This document shows, in pieces, positions 54,501 through 63,300 of a stretch of DNA of 64,000 bases. The position numbers were made by a program, and so were the translations under genes. The stretch is from Actinomycetota bacterium. GTDB taxonomy: Bacteria; Actinomycetota; Thermoleophilia; Gaiellales; Gaiellaceae. The notes under the pieces are model-generated. The model did no database searches and was not told the origin of the DNA. It saw only the letters and a list, made by a program, of their open reading frames with translations. The stretch spans positions 1 through 64,000 of the forward strand of contig SIRU01000058.1 in assembly GCA_004366385.1 (NCBI GenBank). Reading direction: 5' to 3'. Position 1 is the first letter of the stretch, and each line of letters begins with the position of its first letter.

Positions 54501-55069
54501 ACGAGTGCCCGCGCTGCTCGGGGGCGGTCGCGGACGGACAGGAGTTCTGCCTCGAGTGCGGAGTCCGGCTCCCCGGCCCGGGCGCGATCGGCCGACCGCG
54601 GGACGCCGGGCAGGGCTGGGCGCTCCGCGCCGCCCTGGCGCTCGCCGCCGCGGCGATCGGCGCCGCCGCCGCGGTCGCCGCCACCGAGAGCGGCGCGAGC
54701 TCGCCCGAGGTCCTGACCGCCACGGGCGGCTTCGCCACGGTCCCGACCGTGACCTCCGACGGCCCGCCTTCGGACGACGTGCCGCTGGCCACGGTGGAGT
54801 GGCCGGCCGGCGACGACGGCTGGACGGTCGTGCTCGCGTCGCTGCCGCAGACCGAGGGCCGCCAGGCGGCGGCGCGCCGGGCCGCCGAGGCCCGCCGTGC
54901 AGGCCTGCGCTCGGTGGGCGTCCTCGACTCCTCGCAGTATGCGAGCCTCCACCCCGGGTACTGGATCGTCTTCACGGGCGTCTACGGGTCGGCGGCGGAG
55001 GCGACGAGCGCCCTCCCGGATGCTCGCCAGTTCGCACGGGCGGCCGCCGTGCGCCGCGTCGTCCCGTGA
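54497..55069 (+). CDS. zinc-ribbon / TM / SPOR-domain protein
   Basis: 190 aa. ATG overlaps the upstream TGA (ATGA). CPRC-x11-CLEC, one TM (ALRAALALAAAAIGAAAAVAA), and a SPOR-like C-terminus (GWTVVLASL ... GYWIVFTGVYGSAAEA). Confidence 0.75.
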   Translation: MNECPRCSGAVADGQEFCLECGVRLPGPGAIGRPRDAGQGWALRAALALAAAAIGAAAAVAATESGASSPEVLTATGGFATVPTVTSDGPPSDDVPLATVEWPAGDDGWTVVLASLPQTEGRQAAARRAAEARRAGLRSVGVLDSSQYASLHPGYWIVFTGVYGSAAEATSALPDARQFARAAAVRRVVP

Positions 55070-55239
55070 GCCCCGTTGCCCGGAGAGGCGATCCGGCCGC
55101 GACTTTGTAACAACCCCGGAAAGCCGCTACACTCCCCAGGCAGACGGTTTCACTTCGTCTCTTTTCCGCCCGGTAACAGGGTTCTCCCGACAGGACGAGC
55201 GTTCCGATAGACGATCACGCCGCACAGCTGCGCTCCTGC

Positions 55240-55653
55240 ATGTATCAATACTCTCGAGCGATCTACCGCTCGATCAAGAACCTGATCGACCCCTACGTCG
55301 ACCCCGAGACGCAGCTCGAGTACCGCCGCGCCGTCCTCGAGGAGTGCGAGCAGACGATGGAGCGGCTCGCCGCCGACCCGCACTACTTCGCGCGGCCGGA
55401 CCGCGCGCTGTTCGCCGACATTCGCCGGTACTTCCCGATCACCGCGCAGGCTCAGGTCGCGTGGGCGGTCGGCGAGGGTGTCGGCGCCGCGACGTCGTTC
55501 ATCGAGCAGCAGATCGAGGCCGGCCTCCTCGACGGGGGCGTCTCCCGCTGCCACGCGACGACGCGCAAGGGTAAGGCCTGCCAGCGCACGCCGCTGCCCG
55601 GCCGCGACTACTGCCCGTCGCACCAGCACCTCGAGCAGCCCGTCGCCGCCTGA
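55240..55653 (+). CDS. hypothetical protein with C-terminal Cys3-His knuckle
   Basis: 137 aa. ATG start. C-terminal CHATTRKGKACQRTPLPGRDYCPSH. Family not recognised with certainty. Confidence 0.65.
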   Translation: MYQYSRAIYRSIKNLIDPYVDPETQLEYRRAVLEECEQTMERLAADPHYFARPDRALFADIRRYFPITAQAQVAWAVGEGVGAATSFIEQQIEAGLLDGGVSRCHATTRKGKACQRTPLPGRDYCPSHQHLEQPVAA

Positions 55654-55704
55654 GCCCGTCCGCTTCCCAGCGGCCGAGGCTCATCGCTGTAAGCTCGGAG
55701 CCGC

Positions 55705-57714
55705 ATGTCGCACGACGCGGACAAACTGATCCGGCAGCTCTCGCTCGTCGCGTTCCTCATGGCCGAGCGGCGCCCGCTCACCGCACGCGACGTGAAGTCG
55801 AACGTGGAGGGCTACTCCGAGATGTCGGACGAGGCCTTCGCGCGCCGCTTCTACTCGGACCGCGCCGAGCTCACGGCGCTCGGTGTCCCGCTCCAGTCGC
55901 AGCGGGACGAGTTCACGGGCGAGGAGCTCTACACGCTGCGCTCCGAGCACTACTTCCTCGACCGGCTCGAGCTCGACGACGACGAGCTCGCCGCGCTCCA
56001 GACCGCTCTGTACTACCTGGAGGGCAAGTTCGCGTACGCCGAGCCCTTCCGGCTCGCGCTCCAGAACCTGGCGCTCGGTCGCTCCGGGTTCTCGGAGCCG
56101 CCGACCGAGACGGCGGAGCGGGTCCGCGTGAGTGCGCCCGACTACTCTCCCGAGCTCGCGGGCCGGCTCTCGAAGCTCGAGTCGGCGATCTCGAAGCAGC
56201 GCACGGTCAAGTTCGGCTACCTGAGCCCGCAGCGCACCCGCCGGACCGAGCGCACGCTGAACCCGTACGCGCTCAGGCTCGACGACGGCAACTGGTACGT
56301 CGTCGGCCACGACCTCGACCGGGACGGCGTGCGCACGTTCAAGGTGTCGAGGATCAGCGGGGACATCCGCTTCGCCACGCGCCGCGAGCGCGACTTCCGC
56401 GTGCCCGAGGACTTCGACGTCGAGGCCCACCGCGTACCGCGACCGTGGCAGATCGGAGAGAAGGTCGGCACGGCGCGCATCGCGGTCTCCGAGGATACGG
56501 CCTGGTGGGTCGAGCGCACGCTCGCGGACGCCGGCACGGTGGAGGACGGCGTCTTCGAGACCGACTTCGTGAGCGTCGAGCTGCTCGCCGGGTGGGTGCT
56601 CCGGCAGAACGGCCGCGCGACGCCGCTCGAGCCCGAGGAGCTGCGCACGGCGGTGGCGGAGGGTCTCAAGCGCATCGTCGACGGGCACACGGGCGAGCCG
56701 CCCGTCCCTGCCGGCGCACGGCGCACGGATCCGCGGCAGCCGTTGCCGGAGCGGCCCGTCGGCCCGGTGGCGCCGGAGCGCTTCGGCGTCCTCCAGGCGC
56801 TCCTCGCCCAGCTGCTGGCCGCATGCGGCGACGAGCGCGCCGCGGTCTTGGACGCCGCCGAGCTGGCGCAGCGCATCTCGATCCCCCTCGACGAGCTCCA
56901 GGACCACCTCTCGCTCCTCAACCTCGTCAACTTCGGCGGCGGCTGCTACGCCGTGTACGCCGTGCACGACGGCGACGTCGTCCGCGTCGACAAGGAGCTC
57001 TACGGCGACGTCTTCCGGCGTCCGCCGAAGCTGACCCCGCTCGAGGCGCGGGCGATCAGGCTCGCCATCGAGTACGTCGGGCCGACGATCGCCGCCGAGG
57101 CGCACACGCCGCTCGCGCGCGTCCGGCGAAAGCTCGAGGAGACCTTCGGCCGCTTCGACCTGGCGGCAACACCGGAGCCGCGACAGGCATCGGACGAGGA
57201 GCTTCTCGTTCGCGTGCTGAGCGAGGCGGCCGAGAAGCGCCGGATCGTCGAGCTCGAGTACTTGAAGGAGGGCGAGGAGACACCCTCGCTACGACGCGTC
57301 GAGCCGTACACGATCGAGCGCGAGCTCCCGGTCTGGCGCGTGCACACGTGGGACCTGACGGTCGACGCCGCGCGGACCTTCCGCCTCGACCGCATGCGCG
57401 CGGCTCGCATGACCGACGAGCGCTTCGAGCCGCGCGACGGCTTCGATCCGTCGTACCTCCGGAACCCGCGGGTGGCGCGACTCCTCCACTCCCCGGCGAT
57501 CGCCCGCTGGAAGCTCGAGCGCGGCGCCCGCTCGCTGACCGACCGGTCCGCGATCGCGGACGTGCCCTACAAGACGGAGGAGTGGCTGCTCTCCGAGGTG
57601 CTCGCCGACGTCGGCGAGACGGTCGTCCTCGGCCCGCAACGCCTCCGCGACGTCGTGGCGAAACGCGCTCGCAGGCTCCAGCGCGAGCTCGGCCGCGTGC
57701 CCAGCGGCCGGTAG
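55705..57714 (+). CDS. single-chain PafB-PafC-like transcriptional regulator (two HTH-WYL-WCX modules)
   Basis: 669 aa. Module 1: wHTH (LSLVAFLMAERRPLTARDV) and WYL (NWYVVGHDLDRDGVRTFKVSRI). Module 2: HTH-like (LAQRISIPLDELQDHLSLL) and WYL (VWRVHTWDLTVDAARTFRLDRM). Confidence 0.75.
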   Translation: MSHDADKLIRQLSLVAFLMAERRPLTARDVKSNVEGYSEMSDEAFARRFYSDRAELTALGVPLQSQRDEFTGEELYTLRSEHYFLDRLELDDDELAALQTALYYLEGKFAYAEPFRLALQNLALGRSGFSEPPTETAERVRVSAPDYSPELAGRLSKLESAISKQRTVKFGYLSPQRTRRTERTLNPYALRLDDGNWYVVGHDLDRDGVRTFKVSRISGDIRFATRRERDFRVPEDFDVEAHRVPRPWQIGEKVGTARIAVSEDTAWWVERTLADAGTVEDGVFETDFVSVELLAGWVLRQNGRATPLEPEELRTAVAEGLKRIVDGHTGEPPVPAGARRTDPRQPLPERPVGPVAPERFGVLQALLAQLLAACGDERAAVLDAAELAQRISIPLDELQDHLSLLNLVNFGGGCYAVYAVHDGDVVRVDKELYGDVFRRPPKLTPLEARAIRLAIEYVGPTIAAEAHTPLARVRRKLEETFGRFDLAATPEPRQASDEELLVRVLSEAAEKRRIVELEYLKEGEETPSLRRVEPYTIERELPVWRVHTWDLTVDAARTFRLDRMRAARMTDERFEPRDGFDPSYLRNPRVARLLHSPAIARWKLERGARSLTDRSAIADVPYKTEEWLLSEVLADVGETVVLGPQRLRDVVAKRARRLQRELGRVPSGR

Positions 57715-57814
57715 CGCAACAACTTCGCGCCGAGAGCGTGCCAACTTCCGCACGGCGCGCGCCGCCTGCGTCCGACGGCAGCTATGGTTGTCTCAATCGA
57801 CAACGGAGGCTCGC

Positions 57815-59218
57815 ATGGACGGACCGCACAGGGTGCACCGAGACCGCGTGGACAGACGTGCCGGCGCCGCCGGAATCGGGAGCGGCGCGCCGGCCGGGAT
57901 CCTCACCGTGATCCTCGCCGGGACGGCGGTGGCGCACCGAGTCGCGCCCTCCCCGCCGATCCCCGTGCTCGAGGCGACCCACCTTCCTCCGCTGCTCACC
58001 GCGGCGGGAGAGCGCGTGGAGCTGCGCTACGACGTGTTCTGCGCCGAAGCCGGCGCCGAACCGGACGGGCCGTGCCGGGCCTCGGGCTCGGTGTTCGTAC
58101 GCCCCGGGACGACGGGGCCGTTCCGCCGGCTGGCGCTGCGCGAGGAGCGAGGCGCCTCGGAGGGACGCTTCGCCACGCTCGTCCCCGACTCGATCGCGCA
58201 CGCGGAGTCCGGGTTCACCTACTACGCGGTGCTGGAGGCCGCGACCGGGACGATCACGCTCCCGGACGGCGGCGCCGCCGCGCCACAGCGGAGCCTCCCG
58301 CTCGGAACGCCTGTGCGCGTCGCGCTCGGGGCCCACGAGTTCGGGCGCACCGCGCGAGCGAGCGAGCGCGTGGCCGAGGCCGCGTGGGGCTCCGGGCCGG
58401 GCGAGGCCGGACTGGAGCAGGGCCGCAACCTGACGCCGATCGGCGGCGCGTCGTTCGACGTCTCGGGCGACGGAACCGTCCACGTGCTGGACGAGGCGAA
58501 CCGGCGCGTGCTGCGCTGGCGCCGCGGCTCACGCTCCGCCGACGCCGCCGTGCCGCTCGCGATCAACGGCACCCTCGCGGACATGGCCCTCGGCGCCGAC
58601 GGGACGATCCACGTCCTCGAGACGACGGACGGCGGCCGCGAGACCCAGCTCCTCCGCACCTTCGACGCGAGCGGCGCGGCGAGGGGCGTGGCGACGATCG
58701 CAGGACGCGCGTCGCAAGTCCGGATCGGCGCGGACGGCGCTCCGCTGACCCTCCAACAGCCTTCCGGGCAGTGGATGCGGGCAGCCGCGCAGGACGGGCG
58801 CGCGCTCGCTCCAGCTGCGCAGAGCCGGAGGGCGACGGCCGCCCGGCCCCTCGCGAGTGGCCACGAGGTCGTGGTGCTGCGGAAAGGCCCGGAGATCCGC
58901 GTGTCGTTGTCCGGCCCAGCCGGGGCACGCCGCAGCTGGCTGATCACGAGTGCGACACCGGTGGCGGAAGTGCAGCTCGCCGAAGTCTCCGCCGGCCGCC
59001 TCGTCGTGGTCGCCCGCCTCTACACGGACACGGAGGACGAGTTCGTCACCCTGACGCTCGGCCCGGACGGGCTCGAGCGCAAGCTGGCGCTCGACTCGGC
59101 CGACTGGGCGGAGACGGCGCCGCTCTCGCGCTTCCGCCTCCGCGGCTCCTCGCTGTACCAGCTGGGCTCGACGCCCGCAGGGCTGTTCGTCGACCGCTTC
59201 GATCTGGAGGTGAGCTGA
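57815..59218 (+). CDS. membrane-anchored hypothetical protein with beta-propeller-like repeats
   Basis: ATG57815 lies 5 nt after GGAGG. The longest ORF starts at TTG57788. N-terminal TM (GILTVILAGTAVA). Repeats DGTVHVLDEANRRVLRW and DGTIHVLETTDGG resemble NHL/propeller blades. Confidence 0.6.
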   Translation: MDGPHRVHRDRVDRRAGAAGIGSGAPAGILTVILAGTAVAHRVAPSPPIPVLEATHLPPLLTAAGERVELRYDVFCAEAGAEPDGPCRASGSVFVRPGTTGPFRRLALREERGASEGRFATLVPDSIAHAESGFTYYAVLEAATGTITLPDGGAAAPQRSLPLGTPVRVALGAHEFGRTARASERVAEAAWGSGPGEAGLEQGRNLTPIGGASFDVSGDGTVHVLDEANRRVLRWRRGSRSADAAVPLAINGTLADMALGADGTIHVLETTDGGRETQLLRTFDASGAARGVATIAGRASQVRIGADGAPLTLQQPSGQWMRAAAQDGRALAPAAQSRRATAARPLASGHEVVVLRKGPEIRVSLSGPAGARRSWLITSATPVAEVQLAEVSAGRLVVVARLYTDTEDEFVTLTLGPDGLERKLALDSADWAETAPLSRFRLRGSSLYQLGSTPAGLFVDRFDLEVS

Positions 59219-59853
59219 TGTCGGCTCCACGCTCATTCGTCGCCGGGCTGGTGGCCGCGTTCGCGCTCGCCGCGGCCGGAACGGCTGGCGCGTACCACAC
59301 GAACTTCGTCGCGTCGCGCTGCAACAGCAACCCCCCCACCGCGATCTCTCACATCACACGGGACGCCTCGACGACCGCCGCGCTCCGCGCGCGCTGGGAG
59401 GGCTACCAGTGGGCGGGCGGCTGCTGGAACGACAACGACGTCGACGACTCGCCCGGAGACCCTCCGGGCGTCGCCGGGACCGGCGGTGAGGGCGGCGACT
59501 GCTCGGGGTTCACGTTCAAGGTCTGGCGCGAGTCGGCGTCGACCTCGGACGGCGGCTACTACGAGTGGCACCCGCTCCGCTTCGTGCACGGCCCGTACAC
59601 CGCGGCGGACTTCAAGGCCGGCGTCGGCGCGCCCAACGCGACCATGTCCAAAGCGGACACGTCCCGAATGGACGCCTTGGCAAGCACGGACCACATCGGG
59701 ATGATCTATGCACGGAATGCCGACGGCTCGGACCTCATCATCGAAGCGAAGGGCGAGGCCTACGGCACGAACCTCTGGACCCGCACGTACCGCGGGAGCT
59801 CGAGCTACGGCGGCGTGCGGCGCCTCGGATGGGCATCCGTGCAACCGAACTGA
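59218..59853 (+). CDS. secreted NlpC/P60-like cysteine peptidase
   Basis: 211 aa. ATG overlaps the upstream TGA (TGATG), with GGAGG 7 nt upstream. Signal peptide. Catalytic-Cys context GGDCSGFTFKVW and His context TDHIGMIY. Confidence 0.7.
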   Translation: MSAPRSFVAGLVAAFALAAAGTAGAYHTNFVASRCNSNPPTAISHITRDASTTAALRARWEGYQWAGGCWNDNDVDDSPGDPPGVAGTGGEGGDCSGFTFKVWRESASTSDGGYYEWHPLRFVHGPYTAADFKAGVGAPNATMSKADTSRMDALASTDHIGMIYARNADGSDLIIEAKGEAYGTNLWTRTYRGSSSYGGVRRLGWASVQPN

Positions 59854-59869
59854 CGGGCTGGAACGCCGG

Positions 59870-60532
59870 ATGCTCCTGGTCGTCCTCGCCGCGGCGGTCC
59901 TTCTGGCGGGCTGCCTCGGCGAGGGCGACGACGCGTCGTGGACGCTCCTCGACGGCTCGGCGCCCGGCGAAGCCGTCGATCTCGAGGGTGTCGACGGCGA
60001 CGTTGTGGTCACATCGCACGTCGTCCTCGCCACGGCCTCCCTGACGTCGGAGTCGAAGGCGGGATCGTGCCTCGAGGAGCGGTTCGCAGAGCTCGAGGCC
60101 GGAGAGGAGGTCGTCGTCCGTACGGGCGTGGCCACAGAGAGCGTGACGGCCCTCGAACGCGGCGGCCACGCGGTCCTCGGATGCTCGAACAGTCCCGGGC
60201 TGCGCGAGGAGGGCCGGTGGTGCGGAAGCAGCTACGGGCAGTTCCGCTCGGGCTCGCTGACCGACCCACGGCTCGACATCGTCTGCCGAGCGCGGGACGG
60301 AGCCTCGATCGGGTTCGTCTGGGTCGAACCTGGCAGGGGCACGCGGTACGTCGCCGTCGAGCAGCCGGGCTACACGGAGGTGTACGAGGTCGCTGCGGGG
60401 CTGCCGGTGCGCATTGCGACCGTCTCCGGCGTCGACGTCGAGACCTCGAGCGCGACGTTCGAGATCTCCGAGCACGACGCGGACGGGCGCCTGCTCCGCG
60501 AGCAGACGCTCGAGGCACTCGTCGGCGGCTAG
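59870..60532 (+). CDS. lipoprotein, unknown function
   Basis: 220 aa. Lipobox LLAGC at residues 12-16. Confidence 0.65.
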   Translation: MLLVVLAAAVLLAGCLGEGDDASWTLLDGSAPGEAVDLEGVDGDVVVTSHVVLATASLTSESKAGSCLEERFAELEAGEEVVVRTGVATESVTALERGGHAVLGCSNSPGLREEGRWCGSSYGQFRSGSLTDPRLDIVCRARDGASIGFVWVEPGRGTRYVAVEQPGYTEVYEVAAGLPVRIATVSGVDVETSSATFEISEHDADGRLLREQTLEALVGG

Positions 60533-61158
60533 GGCCCTCCCGCTCCCATCGGGATGCCAAGCGTGAACGTGGCGCCCTCGCCCGGATGCGAGGCGACGGT
60601 CAGCGTGCCTCCGTGCGCCTCCGCAATCGCGCGCGCGAGCGCGAGCCCGAGCCCGGCCCCCGCGCTCTCGCCGAGTCGCACGCCGGCGTCGAAGATCCGC
60701 TCCTGATCCTCGCGCGCGATTCCCGACCCCCGATCCGACACGGCCACCTCGGCGAAGCCGTCCACGGTACGGACGCCGAGCATGACCTGCTCGCCCGGCG
60801 AGTGGCGTGCGGCGTTCGCCAGGAGGTTGTCGAGCGCCTGGCGCAGGCGCACCGGGTCGGCCGAGACCGGCGCCGTGTCCGGGGCCACCACCCGAACCGT
60901 CGATCCCTGGAGTCGCGCGCCGGCGGCCGCGTCCTGCGCAAGGCGCACAAGGTCGACGACCTCGCGCCTGATCGACGCGACGGAGGCGTCCACGACGACG
61001 CGCTCGATCCCGTCGCACGCGCCTGCGGCGAGATCCGCGAGCGAGCGCCTCTCCCCCGCGCTCGACCCTTCGAACGCGTCGGCGATCGCCGCGAGCGCCG
61101 CGACTGGGCTGCGCACCTCGTGCACGAGCACCGCGAGACGTTCGAGCTCCTCCGTCAC
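60529..61158 (-). CDS. minimal soluble histidine kinase (DHp + CA only)
   Basis: 209 aa from GTG61158, which forms a GTGA overlap with the queG stop. H-box VHEVRSPV, N-box DNLLANAARHS, G1 DRGSGI, G2 GAGLGLALA. No TM or sensor domain. Confidence 0.85.
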   Translation of the reverse strand: MTEELERLAVLVHEVRSPVAALAAIADAFEGSSAGERRSLADLAAGACDGIERVVVDASVASIRREVVDLVRLAQDAAAGARLQGSTVRVVAPDTAPVSADPVRLRQALDNLLANAARHSPGEQVMLGVRTVDGFAEVAVSDRGSGIAREDQERIFDAGVRLGESAGAGLGLALARAIAEAHGGTLTVASHPGEGATFTLGIPMGAGGP

Positions 61159-62165
61159 GCGGGCACGGCCCTCGCGTGCATTCGCTCGAGCGCCCACTCG
61201 GCGGTCTCACGCAGCATCGGATCGTCGCCCGAGGCAAGGCGCTCGACGACCGGCGCGAGCTCCGGCCCTCCGACGTTTCCCGCAGCGACGAGCGCGTTGC
61301 GGCGCAGCCAGCGCGCGTCCTTCCGGGGCACGTACAGGCGGTCGAGCTCGGCGACGAGCTCCTCCTCGTCGCGCTCCAGCCACTCGCGCAGCTCCACCGT
61401 CGGTGTCGACCCCTCGCGCGCCGACGACCCACGACGTCGCTTCTCGACTCCCCGGTTCCACGGGCACACGTCCTGGCAGATGTCGCAGCCGTACACGCTG
61501 TCGCCGAGCTCGGCGCGGTACTCCTCCGGAGTCGCGCGCGGCGCCTGTGTCCAGTAGGAGAGGCACTTCGTCGAGTCGAGCGTCCCGGGCGTGTCGAGCG
61601 CCCTCGTCGGGCAGGCGTCGATGCAGAGCCGGCAGGAGCCGCAGTCGAGCTCGAGCGCCGGCGTCGTCTCGACGTCGGCCGAGGTGACGAGCGTGCCGAG
61701 CACGACCCAGGACCCGTAGCGCCTCGTGATCGCCAGCGTGTTCTTCCCGTAGAACGCGATCCCGGCTCGCACGGCCGCCTCGCGGTCCACGTGGTCGTTC
61801 TCGTCGACGAGGACACGGTACGGGCCGCCGAGCCGTCGGCCGAGCTCGCCGAGCGCGGCGCGCAGCTCCGCGTAGGTGTCGCGCCACGTGTACCGGGCCA
61901 GCCGGCCCTCGCCCGGCCCCAGCCGCGGCGCCTCCTCGTAGTAGCAGAGCGCGGCAGAGACGACCGTCCGTGCGCCCTCGAAGAGCAGCTCCGGGTGACA
62001 GGACACCTCGGGCTTCGCCATCGTGAAGCGCATGTCGGCGAAGAGCCCTCGCTCGCGGCGGTCGCGTATGTGCGTCTCGGTCGCCTCGTAGGGCGCAGCC
62101 GGGGCGGCGCCGACGACGTCGAGGCCGAGCTCGACGGCCACCCGCTCGAGCTCGGCGGCAGTCAT
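61155..62165 (-). CDS. queG: epoxyqueuosine reductase
   Basis: 336 aa from ATG62165. Two 4Fe-4S motifs (CGSCRLCIDACP and CDICQDVCPWN). HEAT-like C-terminus (RRNALVAAGN). Confidence 0.9.
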   Translation of the reverse strand: MTAAELERVAVELGLDVVGAAPAAPYEATETHIRDRRERGLFADMRFTMAKPEVSCHPELLFEGARTVVSAALCYYEEAPRLGPGEGRLARYTWRDTYAELRAALGELGRRLGGPYRVLVDENDHVDREAAVRAGIAFYGKNTLAITRRYGSWVVLGTLVTSADVETTPALELDCGSCRLCIDACPTRALDTPGTLDSTKCLSYWTQAPRATPEEYRAELGDSVYGCDICQDVCPWNRGVEKRRRGSSAREGSTPTVELREWLERDEEELVAELDRLYVPRKDARWLRRNALVAAGNVGGPELAPVVERLASGDDPMLRETAEWALERMHARAVPA

Positions 62166-62180
62166 GGGAGGATTGTGCCC

Positions 62181-63170
62181 GTGAAGGCCGTGCGCATCCA
62201 CGAGGACGGTGGACCGGAGGTCCTCCGCTACGAGGACGTCCCCGACCCGACGCCGGGCGCGGGCGAGGCGCTCGTGGAGCTGCGCGCCGCGGGGCTGAAC
62301 CACCTCGACGTCTGGGTGCGGAAGGGCCTGCCGTCGGTCCCGAAGCCGCGCACCCTCGGCGCCGACGGCGCCGGTGTCGTCTCCGAGCTCGGCGAGGGTG
62401 TGACCGGGCTCTCGGTCGGCGACCGGGTCGTGATCAACCCCGGCATCGTCCACGACGGCCGTATCACCGTGATCGGCGAGCACACCGACGGCACGTGCTG
62501 CGAGCTGAAGGCCGTCCCGGCAGCGCAGCTCTACCCGCTCGACGAGTCGCTCTCGTTCGAAGAGGGCGCCGCGTTCCCGCTCGTGTTCGAGACCGCGTAC
62601 CGGATGCTGGTGACCAAAGCCGCCCTGCGGGATGGCGAGTGGGTGCTCGTCTGGGGGATCGGCGGTGGCGTCGCGCTCGCCGCGTTCGAGATCGCGCGTG
62701 CGCTCGGCGCGCGCACGATCGTCACCTCGTCGAGCGCCGAGAAGCTCGAGCGCGCCCGCGCGCTCGGCGCCGACCTCGCCGTGAACCACGCGGAGGGAGA
62801 CGTCGTCGAGGCAGTCCGCGAGGCGACGGGCGGCGCAGGCGCCGACGTCGTCGTGGAGACGGTCGGCGAGGCGACGTGGGAACGCTCGCTCGGGGCGGCC
62901 GCGCGCGGCGGTCGCATCGTCGTGTGCGGCGCGACGACCGGGCACAGCCCGCCCGCCCGCCTCTACCGACTGTGGTGGAAGGAGCTCGCGATCCTCGGCT
63001 CGACGATGGGCCTCCCGGAGGAGTTCGAGGCCGCGTACGGGCTGATCCGCTCCGGCCGGGCGCGCGTGCACGTGGACACCGTCTTCCCGCTCGCGGAGGC
63101 TGCGAAGGCGCACGAGCGCCTCGAGTCGGGCGCCCAGTTCGGGAAGGTCGTCCTGCGCATACCCACCTAG
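62181..63170 (+). CDS. zinc-type (MDR) alcohol dehydrogenase / quinone oxidoreductase family protein
   Basis: 329 aa. GTG62181 lies 9 nt after GGGAGG. GADGAGVV, the VWGIGGGVALAAFEIA nucleotide motif, and C-terminal GKVVL. Confidence 0.9.
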   Translation: MKAVRIHEDGGPEVLRYEDVPDPTPGAGEALVELRAAGLNHLDVWVRKGLPSVPKPRTLGADGAGVVSELGEGVTGLSVGDRVVINPGIVHDGRITVIGEHTDGTCCELKAVPAAQLYPLDESLSFEEGAAFPLVFETAYRMLVTKAALRDGEWVLVWGIGGGVALAAFEIARALGARTIVTSSSAEKLERARALGADLAVNHAEGDVVEAVREATGGAGADVVVETVGEATWERSLGAAARGGRIVVCGATTGHSPPARLYRLWWKELAILGSTMGLPEEFEAAYGLIRSGRARVHVDTVFPLAEAAKAHERLESGAQFGKVVLRIPT

Positions 63171-63203
63171 ATGGTTGATCGTCGAATCGGTCTCATCGCC
63201 GGA

Positions 63204-63220
63204 GGCCGGCTTGGCCGGCC
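63204..63220 (+). terminator. GC hairpin after the dehydrogenase gene
   Basis: GGCCGGC-TTG-GCCGGCC, 34 nt after the stop. No U-tract. Confidence 0.4.
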
Positions 63221-63270
63221 GGGAGGCTCACCACCGTCGACCGGTCGGAACGGCGAAGGAGGGAGCTCTC

Positions 63271-63296
63271 GTGGGGGAACCATGGGGGTCCCCCAC
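63271..63296 (-). terminator. hairpin immediately after the DUF59 gene
   Basis: GTGGGGGA-(10 nt)-TCCCCCAC, 5 nt downstream of the stop at 63301. Confidence 0.4.
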
Positions 63297-63300
63297 GCCA

